From a virus (lineage: Duplodnaviria > Caudoviricetes): a stretch of DNA of 64,000 nucleotides. The notes beneath the pieces are model-generated. The model ran no database searches. It had not been told where the DNA came from and saw only the letters and a program-made list of their open reading frames with translations. The stretch spans positions 1 to 64,000 of the IMG/VR virus record IMGVR_UViG_2534681837_000002. The stretch is one strand, 5' to 3'. The position numbers were made by a program, and so were the translations under genes. Shown one piece after another: positions 48,173 to 56,068 of this stretch. Each line of letters begins with the position of its first letter. The first letter of the stretch is position 1.

Positions 48173-48694
48173 TTACGTTTCTTGAGGGTTATAGTCTATG
48201 ATATCTCGTGCTAAGCAATGCGGACACATTTTGTCGAACCAGTCCCATATGCTAAATCGGTCGGTTCCTTCTTCCCACAGCAAGAAGTTTTGGTCAATAT
48301 CCTCCTCTTTGTCAATAGGAACTTCGTCAAACAATTCCCACATCCTCCGGAGAATTTCTATGGAGCATGGACCTTCGATAATTGCCATTGCTATGTTCCA
48401 TATCTCATTGATATCAATGTCCAGATATCTGGTGTAAAGCGTACAGGCAACTTGTTTATCTGTCTTTGTTGTGTATGACTCTACCCAGCGACAACCCTCC
48501 TGGCTGATGGCGATAAAGTGATGGGCTTCTTTTGTCTTCTGAACAATATAGCCTGTCCACAGCCTGTCTGAAGCGAGATTCGTAAATTCAGCCATCACAA
48601 CAGAGCGATGAACTTTCTGGAACATTTCAAGTCCCTCTCTAGGAGAGGAATGCCGTATTTTCCGGTCTGTAAGGAGATTCTTAGTTTTCATCAT
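48173..48694 (-). CDS. hypothetical protein
   Basis: 173 aa ORF. Confidence 0.7.
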   Translation of the reverse strand: MMKTKNLLTDRKIRHSSPREGLEMFQKVHRSVVMAEFTNLASDRLWTGYIVQKTKEAHHFIAISQEGCRWVESYTTKTDKQVACTLYTRYLDIDINEIWNIAMAIIEGPCSIEILRRMWELFDEVPIDKEEDIDQNFLLWEEGTDRFSIWDWFDKMCPHCLARDIIDYNPQET

Positions 48695-48706
48695 CCTAAG
48701 ATTATT

Positions 48707-49027
48707 TTAACTTACTAACTTTTCTATATACCGAATGGTATTGTCACTGAAGTGTCCTAAAGGTACCAAAGCACATACTGCGCCTTCCTTATCAATCACC
48801 AGATCGGATATAAACAAGTTCTTTTCTTCATCATACACCATCGGTTCTCCTTTCTCATCCGTGAGCTTTACCGTACCGCTCTGGCGTTGCATGCTTTCTT
48901 TGATGCTTTCCAATTCTTCCATTGTGCTTTTAAGTTTATCAGTTTTCACCGGGATTATTACTGATAGTAGTGGGAAAGTCCGAATCTGAAAGCAGGCAAT
49001 CATCGAATAGCTCAGGGAATTCCTCAT
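48707..49027 (-). CDS. hypothetical protein
   Basis: ORF; true start likely MEELE. Confidence 0.55.
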   Translation of the reverse strand: MRNSLSYSMIACFQIRTFPLLSVIIPVKTDKLKSTMEELESIKESMQRQSGTVKLTDEKGEPMVYDEEKNLFISDLVIDKEGAVCALVPLGHFSDNTIRYIEKLVS

Positions 49028-49211
49028 GTTTTTCCAATATCATATCAAAATCTCCACGGTCTATTGCCGCTATTTCATCTTCCAAATCCGCAATATTTTC
49101 CAGATGGAAATTCTCTCCCGAAGGGCATCCTAAAGACCATAAACGTTCGTTTGACAACGATGATAGCAGCTCCTTGCGGTATGCCTGCCAATCAATTTGT
49201 TCTTTTTTCAT
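48939..49211 (-). CDS. hypothetical acidic protein
   Basis: 90 aa ORF. Confidence 0.65.
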   Translation of the reverse strand: MKKEQIDWQAYRKELLSSLSNERLWSLGCPSGENFHLENIADLEDEIAAIDRGDFDMILEKHEEFPELFDDCLLSDSDFPTTISNNPGEN

Positions 49212-49212
49212 A

Positions 49213-50013
49213 TTAAATAGAATTAACTTGATGGGAATAATACGGTTTTACCATACTGTAATCAGATAAATCGAAGATACTCTGAGTGTCAGGGTAGGTC
49301 ATCCTTTCTTCAAAAGTCGGAGCAAAAAGACGGACTTCACAAACATAATATACATCCTTCAGCTTCTCCATATTCTCATTCACGAAATAATCTACCAAAC
49401 TTCTCATAGCCTGTCTCTTTTCATAGAAAACATTGTCGCAACCACCCAAAGATTGTTTGTCAGAAACACGGAAATAGCTGAGTGTTGCAATGTGCATTTC
49501 AGCTTTCCCCGCCTGCCATGCAGTAAATAATTCGGGATTGTCCTTATCAAATTTTGGTATTGTCTGGGTTGCTATCCAGTTATCTACTACTTTACGATCC
49601 TCTTCTTGTGAATCATTATGCAGACATAGGCAACGTTCTTCACCTTTATACTCCACCAGTGTGGGATACTTATTTACAGGACATATCCGAACAAGAATCT
49701 CACCTTCTACTAAATCGTCCGTATCGACATGATGTTCTGGGTATTCGTCGACCAAGACTTCATGAGATAAGTAGTCTTCAAGTTCAGCATCCGTGTCGTT
49801 TAGTTTGTAACGACCAGACAGCTGCTCTACACTATTAACCTCCTCTGGCTCACCATCAATCCACGACAGGTGACCGACTTTTTTACATTCTGGACACTTA
49901 TCTGCCCCCCGCGGTAGAAGCATTTTCTTACCGCAATATGTGCAAAATACAAAGTCACCAGTTTCAGCATATATATTCACTGTTTCCAGTTTTATGTTAT
50001 TTCTTTTAGTCAT
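49213..50013 (-). CDS. hypothetical protein with N-terminal Zn ribbon
   Basis: CTYCG...CPECK. Confidence 0.7.
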   Translation of the reverse strand: MTKRNNIKLETVNIYAETGDFVFCTYCGKKMLLPRGADKCPECKKVGHLSWIDGEPEEVNSVEQLSGRYKLNDTDAELEDYLSHEVLVDEYPEHHVDTDDLVEGEILVRICPVNKYPTLVEYKGEERCLCLHNDSQEEDRKVVDNWIATQTIPKFDKDNPELFTAWQAGKAEMHIATLSYFRVSDKQSLGGCDNVFYEKRQAMRSLVDYFVNENMEKLKDVYYVCEVRLFAPTFEERMTYPDTQSIFDLSDYSMVKPYYSHQVNSI

Positions 50014-50234
50014 GTAAGATTGTACTTTTGTGCGAAATAGTTATTTACATCCAAAATCTTTTTCTTATAATAAGGTTGGTTGTCCTTACACCAGTCGGTT
50101 AATTCTTGTTTGTTGGCAAAAGGTTTCTGTATGGCTCCGCCACTCATAATTAACTCTACCTGCCATGCAAGGTTTTCAATAAAGTCACCAACTGTCCAAC
50201 CCTCGTAAATATGCTTGTTCAAGTTTATTTTCAT
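50010..50234 (-). CDS. small conserved hypothetical protein
   Basis: IYEGWTVGDFI...WCKDNQPYYKK. Confidence 0.7.
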   Translation of the reverse strand: MKINLNKHIYEGWTVGDFIENLAWQVELIMSGGAIQKPFANKQELTDWCKDNQPYYKKKILDVNNYFAQKYNLT

Positions 50235-50316
50235 AACAATTCTTTTATTTAAAGTTTAATATATTACAGTCGTAGAGAACTAACTATTTTCAGAACTTTC
50301 CACAGTGTCACTGTTC

Positions 50317-50910
50317 TTATTCTTTAGATGGTGATTCTGATTCTGCGGAGTCCTCTTGACACCCGAGTTCAATACTATCACCTTCTTCAGTCACTTGATA
50401 AAAGCGATCACCTTCACCCCATTTCATTGCCTCAATATAAAGTTCAAATGCTTTTTCGAGGGTCAGCCCGTCTGCCGGTATAGAAGCCAATGTTTCACCT
50501 AAGCATACCTCACTGTGGGTATAGAAATCCTTGATATAGTTTAAATCTTTGGGATTATTTTCTTCATCAAACCATGAAATAAGAATTTTAGGATTACGCT
50601 GGTTGCTTTGGGTTATAAGTTCTCCTATAATTTGCAAAAGCTTGCTTTTGTCAATCTCTGCTTGTCGAAGATATAATTCAAAATCTTGGGCATGTTCTCC
50701 TAAATCATCTTGACTGGAAAGGTGCTCTTGTAGTTTCTGAAGCTGTATGCGCTCAACTTCATATTCATCGACATAGATGTTGTCTTTGCTTAGTCTAACG
50801 CCAAATAATTCGAAAATACACGCCAGTGCATCTTGTGTACCTAAACCAGATAGTTCCAAGGTGTAATAGTCTATCTGATTCACCTTAGCTGTACGCAATA
50901 CTTTACTCAT
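50317..50910 (-). CDS. hypothetical protein
   Basis: 197 aa ORF. Confidence 0.7.
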   Translation of the reverse strand: MSKVLRTAKVNQIDYYTLELSGLGTQDALACIFELFGVRLSKDNIYVDEYEVERIQLQKLQEHLSSQDDLGEHAQDFELYLRQAEIDKSKLLQIIGELITQSNQRNPKILISWFDEENNPKDLNYIKDFYTHSEVCLGETLASIPADGLTLEKAFELYIEAMKWGEGDRFYQVTEEGDSIELGCQEDSAESESPSKE

Positions 50911-50969
50911 TTCCTTTTTGTCTTTTCTGAAATACTTTTGTTGTTACATATTCTCTGATAGTGACACAA

Positions 50970-51619
50970 TTACTTTTGCACCTCCAATAATCGTAGTTCC
51001 TTTTGAATGGCAGCCCGGCACAAAAGAATCGTTTGTATACCCGTTACTTTAGAACTTTCAATCAAAAGTCCTTTCTGCACCAGGTCTTTGTACACCTCAT
51101 TTACAAATTGTTTGGAAATGGAACCATATCCGGATAGATAGGGAGTACGAATTGTAGGCAAATGTATTTTTGGGGCTTCCAATTCAAGAATCTCGCTTTT
51201 GAGTTTGAATAAACTTCTTCGATTTGTTTTAAAAGCGACGAACAGGTCGTTTTCAACCGACTTTGTAGAAGTGCGATAATATTCCAGTTCTTCATCTGGA
51301 GTAAAGTCCTGCAATTCATTGTGCTTATCCAATAAATAAAACCGGAATGTCTTGCCACTGGAAAGAATCTGCTCCAGCAAAGGAAATGAGTCTCCTCCAC
51401 GGGACCGGACAAACAAGTCGGATGACAATAAAGGCAGGTTTTACCCAGGACAACATCTGGACAACCATTTTCTCTTTCTTCATAACGAAACCCCTTTTCC
51501 GTGAACATTTCCTTCAGCTCCTTGTAAAAAGCATCGTACTGTTCCCGGGACATATGGCCGCCGTTATACCCAGCTTCTACATGAAACTGGGTATCTATGA
51601 TTTTTATGCTTCTTGTCAT
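50970..51619 (-). pseudogene. YCHP-family gene split by a frameshift near 51385
   Basis: N-half ...LYCHPTCLSGPVEETH joins C-half PLLEQILSSGKTF...DLVQKGLLIE; the joined protein aligns with 13169-14032. Confidence 0.75.
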
Positions 51620-51623
51620 ACTA

Positions 51624-51974
51624 TTAGTTTTCCAAATTTTCCATTCCTTTGCAATAGTTTTCCAATTCTTCGGAAAAACAAATCAGAGGATCTACCATCA
51701 AATTGCTGAGGGGGACTGGTTCCGTTTTATCTTCCATAGTAATATCACTATAACTAATACTCTCAATACATCCGCTGGTTACTCCAGCGTCACCGAAGTA
51801 TTCAACAGTAAGACTGATAGGGTTTTCCTCAGAACCAATTTTGCCTCCATGTTTCTCAACAAGGTACAGAATAAAATTTCTAGCTTCTTGACGGACACTG
51901 TAGAAGCGTGCCTTCAAGTTAGTAAGTTCAGTGCTTTCTTGCTCTTCTTCAAAGTAAATATCTTGACCTTCCAT
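51624..51974 (-). CDS. hypothetical protein (HGG module)
   Basis: NFILYLVEKHGGKI. Confidence 0.65.
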   Translation of the reverse strand: MEGQDIYFEEEQESTELTNLKARFYSVRQEARNFILYLVEKHGGKIGSEENPISLTVEYFGDAGVTSGCIESISYSDITMEDKTEPVPLSNLMVDPLICFSEELENYCKGMENLEN

Positions 51975-52089
51975 TTCGTTATATTATTTTCTTTTTTGTT
52001 GTTACGTAAAACAAATTTCCTTATACTATGGGGCGTTATCTTATTGACTATCATGGGGCATAGTCCACTTTCAGATAAAATGTTCTTCC

Positions 52090-52296
52090 TTATATACTCC
52101 AAGAATTTTCTAAATTATCACTATAGGCAGCAACCAAACCATTCTCTGTATGAAAAACGATTTTATCATAGTATCGTGTAAATTCTCCTACATTACTACG
52201 TTCGCACCATTCGAATAAGTTTTCACCTTCATGATTCTCACCACAGCATTGGTTTAGTATATATTCTTTGTCATTAAATTCAATCTGCTGTATCAT
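52090..52296 (-). CDS. hypothetical protein
   Basis: 68 aa ORF. Confidence 0.6.
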   Translation of the reverse strand: MIQQIEFNDKEYILNQCCGENHEGENLFEWCERSNVGEFTRYYDKIVFHTENGLVAAYSDNLENSWSI

Positions 52297-53213
52297 AACG
52301 AGTGTTGAATGTCTTTTTGCACGGCTTTTGTAGCTTTGATTGCCTCCAGCACATTGTCACGGATACTTTCAAGCCAAGATAAATTTTTGAACGCTAAATC
52401 CGCATCATTGCTGTAGAGCGTAGTTGATACATTTTCAAATTGATCTTCTACATCAATGCTGATACCTTTATCAGTAAGTGACACTGCGGTAACAGGTGAA
52501 TCATACCAAGATTTACCGCCAAACCATAGCACGTATGTTGGTTCTTCGATTATTCCATCAAGTAGAATCTTGGAAAGTTCATTTTCCTTAAGTATCGAAA
52601 TGATATTGCAGATTATATCTTCACGAAGGTTATTTATACGCCCTGTAAAATTGGGAACAACTTTGTTTACAGTTGCTATTGAGATTTTATCCTCGTTGTT
52701 ACGTTGCCAACTATCAATTAAAACAGCTTTAGGTTCACTGCAATCCTCTGAATAGAAAGCTGAGTCATAACTCATACCCCTGTGAATATCTATCCATGTC
52801 TCGGCTTCTTCACGAGAAGGGAATAATGCACATTCGGAAATAGACAGTGTACGGGAAGGATGACAATTCGGTTGGCTGACCTTGAAAGTAACGCCCCATA
52901 ATTCGTTCATGGATTGTAGTTCAGGGAATACTTCTTCTTTATCCAGCAGATAAACTGTTTTATCGTAATCACTACTTTGAAATATATTTTGTAACCACGT
53001 ACACATTTCTACTTCTTCGTTGTCCGTAGAAGTATCAAATATGGCAGCAAAACCACCTCCAATTTGGGATATTATAATCAGATCACTATCAAAAATATCT
53101 GAACACGTAATTCCGAGGAGTCCATTAGTTGACTTTTGTCGGACAACTATTTTTTCTTTCACTGGTAAGTCACATACTATTTTAGCAAGTTGATTGATTG
53201 GTATTTCTTTCAT
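52293..53213 (-). CDS. multi-module hypothetical protein
   Basis: 306 aa ORF. Confidence 0.7.
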   Translation of the reverse strand: MKEIPINQLAKIVCDLPVKEKIVVRQKSTNGLLGITCSDIFDSDLIIISQIGGGFAAIFDTSTDNEEVEMCTWLQNIFQSSDYDKTVYLLDKEEVFPELQSMNELWGVTFKVSQPNCHPSRTLSISECALFPSREEAETWIDIHRGMSYDSAFYSEDCSEPKAVLIDSWQRNNEDKISIATVNKVVPNFTGRINNLREDIICNIISILKENELSKILLDGIIEEPTYVLWFGGKSWYDSPVTAVSLTDKGISIDVEDQFENVSTTLYSNDADLAFKNLSWLESIRDNVLEAIKATKAVQKDIQHSL

Positions 53214-53459
53214 TTTACCTATTTTTAAAAATACTGGGAAATATATTAATGAGATAACTCTCCTCTAAATTCTATTTAAACAACAATATGATAATAAGAA
53301 GATGTGACTACCAAATGGGGTATATCTTTATTTCTTCGATTTGCAGCCTCCTATGAGGATGTAGTCTTGTCGAGGTCATCGACATGTCACATCTATCATG
53401 GAGGCGGCATAAAATTTCTTGGTCCATCACATCGTGCCTACCAAACAATAGCTTACTCC

Positions 53460-54554
53460 TTATTTACGCCATTCAGCCATTTTTTTGCTGATATCAATAT
53501 TATTATCAGTCAACATTTTCTTCAGGACTGCCAACAAGCGCCAACCTTCATCGTTTCTATACATCTCTGCTTTTGCTGTAATGAAAGCAAGTGACTGATA
53601 TTTATCAAGGCGGTTATTGGTATCATCAATAGCTTTGCAGTTATGAAACCGGATAAGATTTTGCATCGTGTAATACGCTCCAGCACCCTTGTATGCATCA
53701 ACCCATGTTTTACTTTGAGGAGTGTCGTGTGGCATCTTAAGGCGCATGTCGTTGAACTTTTTTGCTGCGTTATAAAGCTGTGTGACATTACGTGCTTGCT
53801 TGATATGCGCTATTTCTTTATACAACGGATAGTAGATTTTATTCTGTAGGTCTGCCTTGAATATGTTACGACTTTTAATACGCTTGTAAGGCACTCCCTT
53901 ACATTTTCTTTCTTTCAAAGCGTCCACATATTTTTTCAATTGTACAATATAATCTTCCGCCATAGCCATGACCACATCGACATTAAACCAACGGTTTCGA
54001 TCTACGAAATTTGCAGCATCCTTATCTTCCATTTTCATCTGGGCATATAGCTCGTTCAGCAACATTTTCCACTGATATTCATAGCCTAAGCGGTGAATCA
54101 TGCGTGTTACTCCCAAAGGTTCTTTAGAACGATACGGTTTATAAGTCATCATATAGAACATCTTCGCCATAATCCAGCGCCGGAACAGGCGATTGTTAGG
54201 GACCGTACCTTGTTCAACGATTTGATTAAAAATTGGATCGTCGTCCTCTAGTACTGAAAGTATTCCATTCCTGTTTGAGGCGATATATCCACCCCCATTC
54301 GCCCCCTCCATGGCAAACATATGACTTACGTCCACCCCGACATTTCGTAGCGCTTCAATACGTTCCTGTACAGTTTTGAACGATTTAAGTGGTTTGACTG
54401 GTATATTCTGGCCGGCCATAGCCAGATAGATAGATCCCAAATTTGAATCCTCACCAACTACTGTTGCTACAGTGGTAAACTCTTTCTTTCCGATTGCGAA
54501 CTCTGCGCCACATTGAGGACACAAAATTTTTGTTTTTCTTTTCTTTTTACTCAT
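53460..54554 (-). CDS. hypothetical protein (364 aa, N-terminal CxxC), second gene downstream of RT array
   Basis: Long ORF, CPQCG, basic helical C-terminal part. Confidence 0.8.
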   Translation of the reverse strand: MSKKKRKTKILCPQCGAEFAIGKKEFTTVATVVGEDSNLGSIYLAMAGQNIPVKPLKSFKTVQERIEALRNVGVDVSHMFAMEGANGGGYIASNRNGILSVLEDDDPIFNQIVEQGTVPNNRLFRRWIMAKMFYMMTYKPYRSKEPLGVTRMIHRLGYEYQWKMLLNELYAQMKMEDKDAANFVDRNRWFNVDVVMAMAEDYIVQLKKYVDALKERKCKGVPYKRIKSRNIFKADLQNKIYYPLYKEIAHIKQARNVTQLYNAAKKFNDMRLKMPHDTPQSKTWVDAYKGAGAYYTMQNLIRFHNCKAIDDTNNRLDKYQSLAFITAKAEMYRNDEGWRLLAVLKKMLTDNNIDISKKMAEWRK

Positions 54555-54575
54555 CTTGAAATTAATAAATGGTTG

Positions 54576-55037
54576 TTAATTGATATCTGGATCTACCCAT
54601 TTCTTAAGTATTACCAAATCTTTGTCCATTTTGCTTTGCCAGAACCACTTGCCCATTTTTTCAGATTCCCATTTAAGACCATTCAGAATCTGACAAAGGA
54701 CATATAGTTCCAACTCAAACTGAGCTTTCTCTCGGTGCTCACCAAATAACATAGCATCATCACTCAGCTTCCTTTCGGGCAATGCTCTGAAGTACAAACG
54801 TGACTTACTCTCACTCCTCTCCGATGGAATAGAATTCTTGTAGCGGTAGTACAACTTTTCAACTTGTGACAGAAATTCATCTGTATCAATGCTTGGATCA
54901 ACACCTAAATTACCCTCAAACTCTCCATCTTGTATGATGTATTTGCCGTTCAGTTTCAGACTTCGACTCTGGAAGTCTATTTTGAATTTTGCACCATCTT
55001 CAACATTTCGAATCGTCTCCTGATATATATTTTCCAT
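54576..55037 (-). CDS. hypothetical protein (153 aa), first gene downstream of RT array
   Basis: Starts 39 nt beyond the last array unit. Confidence 0.75.
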   Translation of the reverse strand: MENIYQETIRNVEDGAKFKIDFQSRSLKLNGKYIIQDGEFEGNLGVDPSIDTDEFLSQVEKLYYRYKNSIPSERSESKSRLYFRALPERKLSDDAMLFGEHREKAQFELELYVLCQILNGLKWESEKMGKWFWQSKMDKDLVILKKWVDPDIN

Positions 55038-55076
55038 ATACTCTTATGATTATCAATTATTTGTACTCGAACCACT

Positions 55077-55190
55077 GACGCATTACTTTATTATTCTGAT
55101 TTATACAGCGTAACTAGGTCCTGAGACTTGGGTCAGGACCTAGTATCCTGTATATTGAACCTGGCCCCTTGCACAATACCCGGTTGCGTT
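55077..55190. repeat. array unit 1
   Basis: GACGCATTACTTTATTATTCTGATTT; stems TATACAG/CTGTATA, ACTAGGTCCTGA/TCAGGACCTAGT; CCTTGC; TGCGTT. Confidence 0.8.
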
Positions 55191-55211
55191 ACCATTGAGT
55201 CTCATTTAGAA

Positions 55212-55354
55212 GGCACATTACTTTATTAATTTGATATGTACAGCGTGTGTGCTGGCCTTTAACCTCATATACAGCCGATAGCTGGAGATGAGGTGGTGGC
55301 CGCAATTAAAGGCTGTCCCATTGAAATCCTAATCTTGACCCATCACTTTGTGCT
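55212..55354. repeat. array unit 2
   Basis: GGCACATTACTTTATTAATTTGATAT; GCCTTTAA/TTAAAGGC, CCTCAT/ATGAGG; TCTTGA; TGTGCT. Confidence 0.85.
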
Positions 55355-55401
55355 AAGTTTTATGTTTCATAGAAATTGTTATTATTCAGTCTCGTTAGGC
55401 T

Positions 55402-55531
55402 GGCACATTGCTTTACGAATTTGATATGAGCAGCTATTCTTTACTGGCGGCCACGACAATCAGGAGTCGGTCCCCAGTAACTGTAAAGCTGAACTATTAA
55501 AATCCTAACCTTGACTTTTTCACTTCGTGGT
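55402..55531. repeat. array unit 3
   Basis: GGCACATTGCTTTACGAATTTGATAT; CAGCT/AGCTG, TTACTGG/CCAGTAA; CCTTGA; degenerate end CGTGGT. Confidence 0.85.
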
Positions 55532-55559
55532 AAGTTTTTTTCGTGATTCTCAAAATATC

Positions 55560-55705
55560 GGCACATATCTTTAAACATTTGATGTATGCCGCGGCTCGAA
55601 GCCATAGCGGCGCGTCGGAGTGCTCAGTAGAGAGTTCCGACGCGCAGGGGGGGCTTATTGAGCAGGGCACGCTAAATACTACTCCTTGAATCACGCTATT
55701 GTGCT
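55560..55705. repeat. array unit 4
   Basis: GGCACATATCTTTAAACATTTGATGT; GCGCGTCGGA/TCCGACGCGC; CCTTGA; TGTGCT. Confidence 0.85.
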
Positions 55706-55726
55706 AAAAAAAGTTCTCTAAATAAC

Positions 55727-55880
55727 GACACATATCTTTACTTTTTTGATGTCTCCTGCGTATTTCCAGCTCGGAAGAGTCTGAAGGCGGTGAATAACAC
55801 GGCCTTCAAGACTTTGTAGAAGCTGGATTAACCACGCGGGCTCTAAACTCTTATTCCTTGAACTTTATCACTGATGTGTT
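55727..55880. repeat. array unit 5
   Basis: GACACATATCTTTACTTTTTTGATGT; TCCAGCT/AGCTGGA, AGTCTGAAGGC/GCCTTCAAGACT; CCTTGA; TGTGTT. Confidence 0.85.
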
Positions 55881-55908
55881 TCAGTTTAATTATGGATGTC
55901 AGGCAAGT

Positions 55909-56058
55909 GACACATTGCTTTAGTTACTTGATATTTACAGGAAAGAACCAGAATCAGGATGGATTCACCGGGTGATTAAACCGGTGAATCAAGTATGGGT
56001 TCTGGTATACTAGATCTGTAAATTAAAATTCCTTGCTCTTCATCATTCGCCGTGTGTT
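55909..56058. repeat. array unit 6 (RT-proximal)
   Basis: GACACATTGCTTTAGTTACTTGATAT; TTTACAG/CTGTAAA, ACCAGAA/TTCTGGT, GATTCACCGG/CCGGTGAATC; CCTTGC; TGTGTT. Confidence 0.85.
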
Positions 56059-56068
56059 CGGTAGGTTC

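Larger units (their letters stand above)
55077..56058. repeat. Array of six structured units adjacent to the RT gene (putative ncRNA/cDNA template array)
   Basis: Shared GRCRCAT-N2-CTTTA-N5-YTGATDT left motif, CCTTG box, TGYGYT right end; unique central hairpins; start-to-start spacing 135-190 nt. Confidence 0.9.

Noticed and set aside
55077-56058. CRISPR array
   Set aside because: Units are 114-154 nt with split, degenerate conserved motifs and self-complementary interiors; no identical 23-47 bp repeats and no cas genes.
55077-56058. Integron attC cassette array
   Set aside because: No RYYYAAC/GTTRRRY cores, no ORFs between units and no IntI-type integrase adjacent.
55077-56058. Tandem Bacteroidetes promoters or terminators
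   Set aside because: The conserved motif does not match TAnnTTTG spacing, and the hairpins lack consistent U-tracts.
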